A DNA stretch of 60,377 nt, filler included, from Sphacelaria rigidula (GCA_964200075.2; 10 parts of 10 records of this genome joined end to end with filler, not necessarily neighbours in it); one strand, 5' to 3'. Shown: positions 45,022 through 58,637, counted from the whole stretch's first letter. The notes: generated by a model from the sequence alone, not told the origin. Made by a program: numbers and translations.

Positions 45022-47230
45022 GGGGCGGGGGGTGTACTCATGATCATGCATGCCATAGTCATAAGACCATTGACCTNNNNNNNNNNCCGGGTTTACGCCG
45101 GACCAGGCTTGCACTCAAACCACCAAGCGCGAAGCGCCGTGGTGTGTTCCCATCCTGTTTTGCCGTCTGTTGCCACCATTTATTTCCTAGTATAGTCATC
45201 ATTCTTTCCTACTGTCTAGTGCACCAAACGATTTTATACCACCGTTTACTTCCCGCATTCCCCCCTCAAACACGTCCCGTTCCGTGTTGTGTTGTTCACA
45301 TCTTGCCACTATATGAGTTTTGCGCCATTGTTTTGCCACAGGGGCAATTCTGCGCGTCTATATCCTCCTCCTCTCGACTACTGGTTATCTCTTCTTTCTG
45401 GCAAGTCCAGGTCTCCCACCCGGAATCGCAGTTTCCATTTTTTCGCTGCGTCCATGGAGCCATGCAGATACGCTTTCATCCTCATCCCCCCTCTCAACCC
45501 GCCGCATATCTTCAGGTGTTCTTCCTCGTCTACTTTGTGCCTGAGCGTTTATTTTTCCCTTGCTTCTATCATGTCCCTTACTTTTGTCTTGTTCTCCCCG
45601 CCTTCATCTATCGACAGTATCTCGTCTAGAGAATATTCTTCTATCTCCTTCCATACTTTCTTGACTTTCCTATCCCGCCTTATTCCAGCCTGCCCTTCCG
45701 TACTTTTCTTCAGTACAGCCCTATCAACTATGACTGACAATCTCTTTCTCTGCATGTTCTCTACGCTATATTGTCATTCCAATTTTCTCATGTCTGCTTT
45801 AACCTTTTTGGGACCGACCCCCCACTAACACAGGGTTGACCCTGTGTTAGTGAAATAATAAAAACAAGTCTTCGAGCGACCTGCCCAATCACGGTGAGGC
45901 GAAATTTATCGACCAGACCCGAACGACCAGTGCTGGGGTTGTTGGCGAGTATGATGCTACTGTAAAGATCGTGAGGACCCTATCCCTGGTCCAGATAAGC
46001 CTTCGCAGGTTTCCAAGCGCAGGTTTCCAAGCGCAGGGCGGTCGAAGCTTGGTTATATTATATGACTTGCATTTAGTATACCGTTCCCGAGTTTTCCGGT
46101 GGTTTTTTGGGTCTCAATCCCCTACTAAAACGTAGTAATTTCCACTAACACAGGGTCGACCGGAAAAGCCGGGAAGGAGTGTACATGCTACCATGTGGTC
46201 ATTTTCACCATGCCCTAGAACCAGGTGGGCTGTGGAGAGACAAAAGGATCTACTGTCACGAGTTCTGCTGATCCCTCTGGCGATGATTTGCAGGGTGCGG
46301 TTGATATGTATGTAGTGGGTGAGGATGAAGAAGCTGTATGTAGGCAGTTGATCTCGGTAGCTGAGAATTGCCCAGAAAGTTCAAGGGAGTATGCAGCGGC
46401 AGCTGCTGCTTCAGTCGGAGAGGCGTACTACACTGTACTGTACTGTACTGTACTGTACTATACTGTTGTATGTATGCGTGCCGCAACACTGATACGTAAG
46501 ATGATTTGACGCATGCAACAAAGGGGGAAATAGCGGCCCACCCCGACCACAAAGGGCTGTATGGCAAGGTGATGGGGACAAAAGTATTATCCAAAGCCAT
46601 AAGTGGCAGGAGGCCCGCCGGTCGCCGCATCCTGTTGGAAGCTCTCTACCGCGACCCATACTGCTTGCTACATCAAATGTACGCCATTGCACCTGTGCAC
46701 CTGAAAATAGACTAGATGAAACTTTCGGTCTTCGTCATAGCCCTGCGCTTACATACGCGGATTTTCAGCGACACGCCACTGTTTCGTGCAGACTCCAGAC
46801 ACGTCATTCCTGACCAGCCTCATTGATCGTTCTGGAGGCCCGGTCCCAAAAGGATTAGGTGGGTATATCACCAACTCTGCTCTCAACACTGTACTACTCG
46901 TCGTTTTCGAGCATCTGAGTATCTCCTTAGCTTCTGCCATCTGTACTGTTTCGAGCTTCTTCACCAACTTCACGTTCCCCTCCCATACTTCTTCTGCATA
47001 TTCCAGCTTTGGTACCATCACGTCCATCATAATACATCTCTTAATCCTAGTATCTAGGTGTGAGTCTCTGAGGATCACGTCCATCCCATTATATGTGCCT
47101 TACCCTTTTTAACCACTTTATTTATGTGTGTACCTCAACAACAATTTTTCATGTCTCTACGCCAAGGTATGTACACCGGTCTACGATCGGCAGTTCCTCT
47201 TCTCCCCTCTTTCATTTGAATTCCACCGGG
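45022..47230 (-). mobile_element. 5'-truncated LINE (RT C-terminal part to 3' end), split by a TTAA-type insertion
   Basis: TYLGVE...LDTRIKRCIMMDVMVPKLEYAEEVWEG...VLRAEL at ~46860-47225; continues DMRKL...YLHGSMD...LRFRVGDL at ~45150-45800; ends at GAGTACA plus C run. Confidence 0.85.
45803..46854. mobile_element. ~1.05-kb non-autonomous piggyBac-like element
   Basis: TTAA|CCTTTTTGGGACCG ... CGGTCCCAAAAGGA|TTAG; removing it rejoins the two LINE halves. Confidence 0.78.
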
Positions 47231-47721
47231 TTCTTCCTAGGGCAATGGCCAATGGGCGGGAAAAGAGCCGAATGTGTGGGCGCCATGGTTGGAGTTGACG
47301 CGTAGATTCCCTTGAGCGCGGTGTGCCGCACCAGGTACAGTGTGGGAAGCGATGGCCCAGGACGAGTACTCCCTGGGCTGACTAGTGGCCCAAATAAGGT
47401 ACGATTGAAAAATAATTCCTAGATCAGGTACAAGTATACCTGGCCGAAATTTGGCCTAGAAAGGGGAAGTGGTTTCTGGAGGCGAGACGTCCTTCTGGGC
47501 ATGGCCACATCTCGTGAGTAACATGTTTTTTTCTCTGTTTTTCTTTCTAGGCCCAGGTGCCGAGGAGCTCTCCGATTGCTGCACATGAAAAATTCTGAGC
47601 GAAATCGGTCTAGATGGTGTTTTCTGTTTTCGTACCTTTCTCAGGCAAAATACGGGAAGATATACCTTTTCTAGGCCATTGTCATTCTTCTCATCTTCGC
47701 TAGAGCATATCACACATATCA

Positions 47722-48235
47722 AGAGGGGGAGGGGAGGCGTACTCATGATCTTGCACGCCGTAGTCATGAGACAATTGACGTCGCATCCCTTCTAAGCCAG
47801 GACGGAGCACGCCGGGTTTTCGCCGGACCAGGCCCGCAATCAATCACCAAGGGTGAAGCGCCGTGATGTGTTCGGCGAGTCGCATAAAGGGTGAGCTGCA
47901 TCCTGCTAAGGTTGTTCGTGATGAACCGCAAGTATCTTGCACATGGATGACAACCTCCAGTGAGTTGCATAATTTTGTGGTATCGCCACATCCAGAGAAA
48001 GCACGAGTTACACACAACCTCATGGGTATCTCACCATATATGCCACACCACGTTATACCATTATTCCTCTTGGGCGGAGTTCGAGTTCTCCCACCCGGCA
48101 CAATGTGATCTAGCTCGACCGCCATCATGATTGCCGCAAAAAATGTTCGCGAAAAAACCCGGTAACCTGCTTGCATAGCTTACGCAATGAGTGGCGTGGT
48201 TTACAGCGCCATTGGCAACCGACGCCAACCCTGAA
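47722..48235 (-). mobile_element. LINE-associated 3' region with C-rich tail (~500 bp); fragments also at ~29900-30090, ~51652-51900, ~52535-52650
   Basis: Shares its 3'-terminal ~120 bp with the LINE end at 45022-45150. Confidence 0.7.
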
Positions 48236-49936
48236 TGGGGAAAAACAGGGTGGTGGTGGTGGGGGGGGGGCGTACTCGTTTGTNNNNNNNNNNNNNNNNN
48301 NNNNNNNNNNNNNNNNNNNNNNNNNNNTTAATTAATTAANNNNNNNNNNNNNNNNNNNNNNNNNNNNNNNNNNNNNNNNNNNNGGGAAAGCACTGTTTTA
48401 GGCTTGAACATCATCTCGGAATTAAACCTCAATTCGCAGAATTTGTTGTTACATCATAAACGCAGCCGCTTGTATCGCGGCCAACGTGTACACAGAATAT
48501 CACGCCTCGCTACGCGCTATTTTGCTACGCACATTTTGTAAAGTTGTCCGTGTTGCAGCTACAGCGTGCATTAGCCCCACGTGGCGCACGCAGGAGTGAA
48601 AGTCTGCCCCCACCGCTGTAATGGCTGCCTGTATCTTGGGCGAAGCTGTGTGGTAACACAGCCGCGGCTGGTGCGCCCACATATACCGAAAGGTGGGGAC
48701 CGGCGTCCAGAATAGATGGGATATCACACTGACTTTGCGCAGAACACTTTCAACAACGTCTTCGTACTGACTGCAGAAATATTTTGTCCACGGTCGGGTT
48801 ATTTCCATATATAATAATGCAGGGTCTGGTATATTTCCACCCGTGCATGTATGTAATGTTATTCGGGGATATCGAGAAAAATCCGCAACGTCTGAGCGAA
48901 TTGCAGGTGAGACAATCGCCGAAATATTCACCTGCAAACCCTGCTCCAGTACACTGTAAGTTGACATCGCTAGAAGGACACCACCATCACCACCTTGCCG
49001 GCTGCCAGACTGTCACAACACTGTCAGGACGTAGGATCCGCTAGCATGCTTCTGTCTATACTAGGGTGTTGCCTCCCTGTCAGGTTCGTTTTGGAGGATG
49101 ATACTAGATGGAGATCATCCTTCCTTGTACATGTGCACCAAACGCTGGGGGTCCTCACTCAAGACTGCGATTTCGAGGATGATACTAGGTAGGCAGCGGC
49201 AACTGCTATGTGGCCAGGTGCTCCTTGGAACAGAATGCGTTTGGTGTCTGTTTGACGGAATTATCACCAAAAATCCGAAATCAATGGGGGTTCTAGAATG
49301 GAAAAATCTAGCAAAAAAACTATCACAAGAACGGGTCGCAAAAACCTTGTCGCAAAAACACGATAAGTCGAGCTTTCACCCGCAGCAGAAACCAGATTTA
49401 TTTTGTGAAATTGGAACAAGCTGATCTCGTCGGCATTCATTTTCTCCACGATCTCCCCTTGAAATACATTTTTCATTTCATCGCACAGCACACATGTGAA
49501 CTCATCATGCATGTACTTTCATTTCACACTCAGCAGGTTCAACATTTGCCAGACTGAACTGATATCGTTTGCATTTTTTATTTTCATGGTCCACTTCGAG
49601 ACACGTTTGATTTCATGACACGCACAGGTATAACCACACAACTGAAAACTGACTATGATCACAAGGTAGTACAGAATACTGGGTTTTCATAAATGCTACT
49701 GAGCAGTCTACGCCAGGTATCCTGATAAGCAGCCACGTCACGGCTGCTCTCTCGCCCAGTTTAACATCGATAAACACAGAGACGTATGCAAGATGCTACA
49801 GAAACAAAATACACTATTCTATTTTTAACTGGCAGCATTACGGCTGCTCTCTCAGCCGCTGTAATGCTAATCAACACCGAAGGCATCCAAGATGCTAGAG
49901 AGAAAAACAAAGACCAACAATTGTCAAGGTCACAGA

Positions 49937-50083
49937 TTAAAGCTTTTTTCGAAGCGCCTCTCTCGCAGCGATTTCCTTCTCCCTCTTCTTCTGCCTCTTT
50001 GTGCGATTCTTCAAGTTCGTGTTGGCTTCCGCCCGCGCTTCCACCCGCTGCTCTGGCGCCTTCCTCACTTTACGATTTTGAAC
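49937..50083 (-). CDS. Putative terminal exon (basic, coiled-coil-like) of the Tudor-like gene
   Basis: GCGCAG acceptor then VQNRKVRKAPEQRVEARAEANTNLKNRTKRQKKREKEIAAREALRKKL*. Confidence 0.45.
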   Translation of the reverse strand, partial: VQNRKVRKAPEQRVEARAEANTNLKNRTKRQKKREKEIAAREALRKKL

Positions 50084-51375
50084 CTGCGCGTGTACCCGGA
50101 AAGAGCGATTGGCCCACAGGACAGGAGGGCACCGAGAAGCACAACATCGGCGCCAAAAACGTAGAATGCATGTAATAGTGATGATAGGGTTGTACATCGG
50201 TGCCAAAGCGCCGACTCAATCCGCGGGACCCAAAGGTAAGACTTGTACTGGGGGGATAGATGAATTGATTCCGTGAGACCAAGGATTCGTCCCGAGAGAG
50301 GGAATGGGTTCAATGTGAGAAGAGAAGAAAAAAGAACGTGGTCAGCTTATGTATTTATGATCGCTCGAACCCACCCGACCCTTGTTGCGCCACGAAAAGA
50401 CTTGGGGCAGACAAGCAGAGAGCTTCCGGTCATGTCAAGGCAGTCACAAAAATCAACACAGCGACTCCTACGATCGATGTGCGCCTGTCGAATAAAACTC
50501 ATGTACATGAGGACCGAGTACTGTAGTACACGCCAAGGGGCACCAAGGAAACAAATTGGGCTTTTGAACGCACCTCCCAGTCACTTCTTCGCTGTCGCTG
50601 ATGTCTCACGCTAGACGCGCCGCGCGGTGGACCTTTTCCGGATGAACGAACACATGTCATCGAGGCAACATGGGCGCGACTACTTTGTTAAACATGAAGG
50701 CGGTCACACGCAGGGTGCCTCGAGCATAACATGCAGAGGCACGAAGATTCGGGTGCTTTCGAAACGTGTAAAAAGTACAGAATTTTGTGCACCACGCCTT
50801 ATGCTGTCGTGTCTAGCGCGGCGCGACAACTATGCGGGCAGTGCACGTCTGCTCTACAAATCATATCGACATACGCACGCTGCCTTCCACCAGCCTAAGC
50901 GATAGTCTGAGCTTTATTCAAGTTGGAATAAGCGTCCAGGCGAGAATTTACTTTACCGGCTCACGGATCCCCAGCGAACTAACAACGAGGTTAATATACT
51001 TCCGTGAAGCAAGGTGCCGAGCTTCCACTCCGCATGTTGGGGTTGTGATCAGAATGGACAAGACGTCAGCTGGGCAACCTCAGCCTCGCCCACGGGACTT
51101 ACAGAACTTACTCGCTGCATCCACGAAGCTGGCTTCAGACCAATCATGTCTGGCAAAGTCCTACATCAGCATGCACAGGTCATGCGGGGTCAACAGCTGT
51201 TGGCAGGTACAGTTGAACATGGGGGTGCCTGGTGCAGGTGATAACATACTGTGCATCAGACAATGTAGGGTTAACCAGCACGATTCGAAGCTCTACGCAG
51301 CAAGGCAGTCGCGTTGGGTGCCCTTCGGCCCCTCCCTTATGCGAGCACTGGGCGACGAAAATACACGTCTCCAAC

Positions 51376-51523
51376 CTTGCACAAACTCCTCGGGCTCAGA
51401 ATCCGTTTCTTCGTCCGATGGTAGTCCGGCGCCGAGGCCGGGACGTCGCAGGAGAGAGGTATGAACTTTGCTCTCTTTTTCTCCGTCGTCGTATGCCAAA
51501 TTCACCAGACCTCCTGGAAGGGT
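51376..51523 (-). CDS. Tudor-like domain gene, exon with the second half of the domain (3' boundary uncertain)
   Basis: TTAG acceptor then TLPGGLVNLAYDDGEKESKVHTSLLRRP...; in phase with the exon ending at 52860. Confidence 0.72.
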
Positions 51524-52859
51524 CTAACGTCGGACGGCATGGCATGAGAGGGAGATAGAGTAGGAATGGCAGAACACAAATGATCGACAGCGTGAAGAAA
51601 AAAGTAGAGAAAGATTCGTGCGTCGTGTGCAAACAGGGCTGCAACTACTACTGGTGGGGTGGGGGGACTCATGACCATGCACGCCATAGTCATCCTGCTA
51701 AGATTGTTCGGCCCGAAGCGTACCGATTATCTTGCGTTTGAATGATATCCTACAATGAGTTGCTTCACTTTCTGGTATCGTCACTTCCAGAGACAGCCAC
51801 GGCCTTCATACACTGCCTCATGGGTGTCTCGTCATTCAAACACTACGTATTACGATCATCTACTTTGCAGGGAGTAGACGTTCTCCCACCCCGCCCAACA
51901 TGATCTGCAGTAGTGGGCTGTCTAACTATTTTGGGGGTGTTTTGGGGTTTTCCTCGCGTACCACTCTTCAATAGAACTCGAAATTGCTAGCGTCGGTAGA
52001 TTTTGGTACGACAAAGCAGATCATCCTCGAAACACAGTGCCCAAGTCAGTGTTGGTTGGTGTTATCGGGCGAAACGAGTAAATACCTCGTTCATCACGAT
52101 GGTGTTCTTGACCGTGAAACACAGCTTCTCGGCCCTAGTGCAATGAGTAGGCATAATTGAAAAAAAAATGAAAATGTACATTTCTTTACAAATGTGACCG
52201 GGACGGGCTCGATCGACCGAAAATAGAGAAGAGTAAGAATCTGGCCTGAAACGTGGCAGGACCCCCGATGACCGGTCAGCCCGTGAGTCACTCAATATTG
52301 AGTACAGGGGATTTTTTCTTCTTGGGATGTGGACCGGATACAAACATCTTCAGATTCCCGATGAGAAAAGCGGTGGCAAGCGAAAAGAGCCCAAGAAAAT
52401 CGCAAATTACAAAAAATCACAAAATGCCACAAAAGGATTAGTTAGACCACCCACTACTGTGGCTCGACTACCATCATGGTTCCCGCAAAAAAACGCAAGC
52501 GCGCAAAACCAAATCGGTAAACTGGTTGCCTAGCTTACGCAGTGAGTGGCGTGTTTTACAGCGTCATCACCAACCGACGCCAACCCATAGGGAGGCCCGG
52601 CCCTACAAAGCGGGGACGCAGCACGCTGGGCTTTCGCCGGACCAGGCAAAATGCTGTTGGGCAGGGGGAGTGGGGGAATCACAGTTCACTTGCCTTCTGT
52701 ACAGAGTTTGTACCAGGTACTTAACATGCACGTCGGGCATGACACGACACTCAGCTCCAGGGGTAGTGCACGTCAGAGAGCACACGAAATCCATCAAGTT
52801 TTTTGTTCGAGTGTTCACAATCCTGACCAATGGGTTGGCATTCGGCATGTTGTCTTCAC

Positions 52860-53224
52860 CTTCGTCACGGTCGCAGGAAACCACTCCAACCCCCCGTCAA
52901 ACCGGGCTTCAACTCTATCACCCACGCATATACGCCCGGTCTTCGGCTCCTGACCGACACGTGCAGCGCTCACGGCAACCGTTGGAGCGTGTTTCTGCTT
53001 CGCTTCCATCAGGTTGGCATGAAGCACAGCAAGGTCTTCTCGAACATCCAACAATTCCGGATCACGCTCAGCCATCGCTTTGGCTCGGAGAGCGGGCCAT
53101 TCTTGATCTTTCAAGGCCTGTTTCCTTGCAAGAGCCTCCTCCTTTCGCACGCTTCTTTCTGCCGGTTGCCCCGCTGATGTGGCGGCCTGGCTTGACGCCG
53201 CTTGGTTTGATGTCTTCTTCCCAC
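52860..53224 (-). CDS. Tudor-like domain gene, exon with the first half of the domain
   Basis: TTTCAG acceptor; ...ICVGDRVEARFDGGLEWFPATVTK then GTGAAG donor. Joined sequence fits the Tudor/Agenet-like pattern VG..VEAR......W.PA.V....Y.DG..E.V. Confidence 0.75.
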
Positions 53225-54480
53225 CTGAAACACGTCGGGCATCCACCAACGTGTCAGACTTGGCAAAAAAAAAAAAACGCTGTGTAGTGAAACAGTGTGT
53301 CTAATGACATGACTACAAACCAAGGAATACCATGGACGCGACTTTCGGTAGATGAGCTGGGACCCGTTTGTAATATACCACGTACCCCTGTACTGCAGAC
53401 ACCGACAGGAGCCAAAAAAAGCCAAACCCTCATCACTTCAGGGTGGGGTTCTCAACAAAATGTGATCTACGGAACGGTACAATGTTTTTGCTGTCGTGCT
53501 CCGACGGTCTAATAGTACAAGTCTGAGCCATTAGGTCGGAAGACTGCGACTTCGATTTCCGGCAGATGGATTATATATATGATTTTTAAGAATCGCATCT
53601 TAGTTTGGTCGTTGGAAACACGACCATATGGACAGCAGACCAAGATTATTCCAATGGAGTCGACACGGGGCGGAGGTGCTGATTCAATCCAATCCGCGGT
53701 AGCAAATGCAAGGTGTGAAGCGGGGAAGAGATGGGTTGGTCGCCCCTTGAGAGCATGGACTAGTCCCCAGGAAGGGGAGGAGTCGAAAGCGTGACAAAAT
53801 AAACGTACCGAGCGCCGAAACACAGGTCAACAGCACATACTGGGTGAGTCACATCCTCTTCAAAGAACCTGACAGAGAGTGCAGTTAAGCCAGGGGTGGC
53901 ACATATCTTGGTCTTTCCTGCACCTTCCCACGCTTTTTTCGGTTTGTTTCACAGGATATTTTTCACATCGGCCGATAATCATGACGGCAGTGTGAAGGCC
54001 GTTACACGCAGCTGCATCAGCTGCAGCCGTGATCCAACGCACACACAACCGGTCGGGCCAACGGATCATTTTTCACACCGGGTACCTTGTAGGGAGCGGC
54101 GCGTTCTCCGGGCACTTCTAACTCAGCCGCCTCACATTTCTTGTAATCATCGCATCAGTTCGATTTTTCCGACTCGCGCTCATCTCGTATCGGTCTCTCA
54201 AAGGCGTCGTATATCCAAGACAATGTATCTCCTTGCTCCGAGGCCACAACCTACTCTCAAGATTTTGAGCCTCCGTTCCCCGTCCTCCGACGAAGGCCAT
54301 GACCGGTCTTGTCGGTACGGCGTGGGGAGGNNNNNNNNNNNNNNNNNNNNNNNNNNNNNNNNNNNNNNNNNNNNTTAATTAATTAANNNNNNNNNNNNNN
54401 NNNNNNNNNNNNNNNNNNNNNNNNNNNNNNAGACAAAATTTCGCGAAAAAAGTGCACCCCTACCGTAGCATTGCTCTTCT

Positions 54481-54514
<34 letters not shown>

Positions 54515-55601
54515 GTCAATGTTATTCTTCTTGTTTTCCGATGCCATATAGAGTCCATGTCTTGCTCGTGGAGAGCTTAAGGGTGAGAGATCCAGCCCTT
54601 CTTTTTTTCCGTTTCGTTCTTATGCGACCCACATATCAGAAACCCTGCAGCAGGAGCCCGCCGTTTGTTTGTTTGGTTTTGCGCTCGCATTGCTGTGCTC
54701 CTTGTCTCATTTCTTAATCTATCCTTCCCCCCACCCGAAATCCCTTGAGCGAGCGTTCCGTCCTTTCCTGTTGGCCACGCCATCCTTGTGGCCGCGGCTA
54801 GGTTTGTAGCGGAGCAGTTAATGCATCACAATCAATCAGCGAATCAGCGAATCGATCAATTGGTGAAACCTTTCCCATTTGAAGAGTGTATACCCCGACC
54901 AAACTTGCGTGATATGGGCGAACAATTAACGCCATCAGCAAGATGTCGTATGATAGCCATGAAAGATATTCACCGGAGTTTTTTCAAGAACAAGGCTATA
55001 TAGTAACGAGCATGCAACCGTCCGACGCAGGTAGTGGATTGCGAGGACATCCCCAAGTATTTTCTACCCAGTTCCACAGTAGTGTCTTTCATTTTCTTCG
55101 CGCACATACACCGCGCCGTCGAAATCACGTCCTTGTCAGGACTGCAAAACTGCTAACCTGATCGACATCACGAGGATGCAGAAAGGGCGGAACAATGTAC
55201 GACTTTCGGGTCCTACGATAACTCAAATATTTCTGATTTTCGAAAACTGTACTCGGGTCCTACGGGGAATGAAATCTCAAGACACTCTTGAGAGGGCCTT
55301 TTGTTCGCGAAGACGCGCGCGCTTGGATTCGGGGACAAATCAACCGTACGACTCAGAGTTGCGCCCTGTACTTCCATCGCAGGTTCTCGTAAAAACTACC
55401 AACCTTGCTGACCTGAGAGGGGCCAAGAAAAAGACGCGGGAAAGCAATCGTACACAAGGGAGGTCGCTGGCCGCAACCCTGGGCTTCGGGAAGCGCGACA
55501 TGTCTCCGCCACCTCCCGCTGCTGTGACCGAACTCAAGGGCACCAAGACACGTAGAAGGTGCTTGATGTTCAGGGGTACACACTACTCGTGGGAAGGGAC
55601 G

Positions 55602-55711
55602 CACGGGTGGCCACTGGGGTGCCTGCAACCTCAAATTTGGACGTTACAGACGTTGCACAAGGTCTGTAACGTCCAAACTTGAGGTAACGGGCACCCCAGT
55701 GGCCACCCGTG
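55602..55711. mobile_element. 110-bp palindromic MITE, copy 2 (2-bp TSD CG)
   Basis: CG|CACGGGTGGCC...GGCCACCCGTG|CG; near-identical to 9861-9970. Confidence 0.92.
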
Positions 55712-56148
55712 CGGATGGTTATACCCGCGGGAGGCTTGGCAACACTGAGGTTTCAAGCATACGATTTATATACTTCATATCAACGACACCACTGGTACGT
55801 CCAAGATCGACTGCAACTAGAGTTGACGTTCCAGGTCCGGGCGTATATCCTGGAAGTGACGTTCGTCGCTTGCAATGAGTGACAGGGGTCACTTTTTATT
55901 GTGAGACGCAGCTTACAGGAGTTTTTTGTGCGCCTGAGTAAGTGGTACTCTACAGAGTCAGCGTCAGATATTTGCAGGATCCGTAGTTTTGAAGTTTATA
56001 CTGAAAATAGAACAAACGCGTAAGTCCGCTGCTTTTTTTTGTTCATGTAGTACCCCGCGAAATCAAAGGACATAGCTGACACCTCCTCCTCCGTGTTACT
56101 GTTTCTCTGTCCATGAACTTGTTGGCGTGTATTGTCTTGCCACTCCAG

Positions 56149-56287
56149 ATCTGCTGTCTTGGGAGCAGGCCTGATGGAGACGACAACGACCGTCACAAAA
56201 CGAGCTCATCTGCAGGAAGTTGGGGCGCCAACGGCAGAAGAGGCACGGGTGGCATCAGCTGGGAATAATGACAGTGACGTTATGCAG
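56149..56287 (+). CDS. Putative exon of an unknown low-complexity protein
   Basis: CTCCAG acceptor, open frame SAVLGAG...DSDVMQ, CAG|GTAAGA donor. Confidence 0.55.
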
Positions 56288-57252
56288 GTAAGAGAGAGTC
56301 GGCCGCAACACGTTCCAACTGCGATTTTGCCATTCATTAGTAATCTTCCGACACAGTCATATCACGAGGCATGCTATTTTTTTCCGTGCAAACTCAAACT
56401 CTTGTTCTCATCTTGTTTATCCATTACTTATCTTTGTTGGTGCTGTTCAATACCATATCAGTGCTTGTGACTCGCTCCCGCAGAAGTCGCGGACGAGAGT
56501 TCCTGCCGTATAGTAGAGTGTTCCACGTCCTCCTCTGCTTTAATTTGCGTTGTCTAGTCTTTTATTGCCCTGTTTTTTTCTCGTCTTTTTACGGCCTCCT
56601 TGCCGGAAGTCATGCGACAGGGCCCTGCCGGGGTTTTTTTCTTCATCTCGGCACCGGTACTAGATCGTAGCCTAGCATTTTGCATGTTGTTTTGCTTTTC
56701 CTTCATTTCTATCCATTCAGATTATATCTCGTTCATTCGTATTCTAGTGAAATCGTCTCCAGCGCATGTTGCCTCTCCTTTCTTGTTCATCTTGCCCTTA
56801 TTGGAGTTCCAATTTTCCTCGTCTTTCCGCTCAAACATACCTCGGGTACATTATTATTAGCTCTTGTGACCACGGCTGGATTCAGAGCGAGCCAATCAAT
56901 GTGCGACAGCCAAAGCAAAAGCAACCGATCAATCTATCCATCTAAATCTGCGGCATCTGCTTATACTCAAACGCGATTCACGCCTGCATGTCTTATCAAA
57001 AATGCCAGGTGGAGCTTTCGGTAAAACGTGCCTTCGGCATTCCCGTTGCAAGGGACTCTCGATTGAGTGACATCAAACAGCGAGGCATGCGTGCGTGCCT
57101 TTTCTACGACGCGGGAGAGGAGATCGACAGGTGAGCTCAAGTTCCACGTCGTGTATATCGAGGAAAATATCGTTTTAATGACTCCTCAATCGCCTGATAA
57201 TACACTAGCGTGAGAGCGCGCAGATATGTGCACACCGGCACGTACACCCGCA

Positions 57253-57295
57253 TGTGTATGTGTGTGTGTGTGTGCGCGCGCGCGCGCGCGCGCGC
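57253..57295. repeat. (TG)n(CG)n alternating purine-pyrimidine tract
   Basis: Read directly from the sequence. Confidence 0.9.
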
Positions 57296-58637
57296 TTGCT
57301 CTACAGCACCTACCTATCTAAACGTTTTGGATGAAGCAGACAGGCTCACTGTTTGACTGGATAGGCGATGCTTGCAGCAATAAATGGGCGACCGCTGATT
57401 CACATCAGTCGTGGTAAACTGAACGTCGTCACGGTATCTAATCCCATCTCTCAAACACCACGTAATCTCAAACACTCTCTCGTGCAACCGGGAAAATAGC
57501 AGTGTTCCTCGCAACTTCGGATCGGAAGATTCCCCTGTCCTCGGAAATACAGATGGCCCGACTGGATTGTTTTTCTTGCAATCGAAGCGACATGTTTCTT
57601 GCGCCTAGCATAGCTAAATATGTCTGACGAGAAAATTATTTTTGGCTCCGCAGCGGAGGGCAAAGCCTATCATCTGCGGGTAGAACTGGATTGGTGCTGG
57701 CTACATGAACATATGGTTCTCATCCGTGTATGAACAGTAATGTGGGTGAAATTGTGGTCGCAGCTGAGGTGTGTCGTGCACTGGGTTGTCCATATGCAAA
57801 ACGAATATTTCAGCGTGATTGCTCACTGCTGTACGTCGTCTAGGGATGCTGGAGAGCGAACGTCGGAATACGGAGAGCACTTCTTCGGCAATACATACAA
57901 GACACTCGCCATACAGCATTCCCAGAAGGAAGAGCAGGTTAGCCCGAAGCGTACAACCGTCTGTGTACTGGCAAGAAGCTCGTTGTGAGTAACTCCGCCT
58001 CAAGCGATGGACGGCAGAGTTGCACACTTCACTGTATGTATGTACGCCGAGCCTTGAACAAAGACAAGCTGTGATGACACGTTCTCGGGTGGGTATTGTT
58101 ATGTGATGTGTACGCTGCCGGGGTTGGAGCACTAGTAAGCGAGCGACAAGGTGGATTGCGTATGTAGCCAGACCTGTCTCCGGCTACTACACTGAACCAG
58201 GCGGGTAGTTCGTACGGGTTCGACAAACGTGCAGTCCGGACAGTCTTGTTTAAACGTTATCCGACCACCCTGTCCTCTAAGTTGGAAGATGATCAGCGCC
58301 CCATTCCCTCTCGTGAACCCTCCCTACTTCCTGCCGACGCTACCTATTCTACGTTTCTCTCTCCCCTCCTCTTTTATCGGTCTACTACGACATCACTTTT
58401 ATTGGTATTGACGCATTCGGAAAACAAAACGCCTCGGAATCTGCAAAACAACAACAGTGGTTATTCCCGGACTCGTCGGAGGGCGAACGAAAATTCCTCG
58501 TTCGTACGGATTTTGGGAGGGAGAACGCCGAGGAACACGGACAACGGAGTCAAAGAAGGAGGAAAGCCGACTCACCGAGTTCTAGCCGCATCAGGGAAAA
58601 TCTGTACTTGTTCGTGGAGCTAACATGCACGGTGCAG

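Noticed and set aside
5949..54430. Regularly spaced TTAATTAATTAA palindromes about every 6048 bp, and ORFs running into N runs
   Set aside because: Artificial linkers between size-sorted contigs; the periodicity and any cross-contig gene neighbourhood are not biological.
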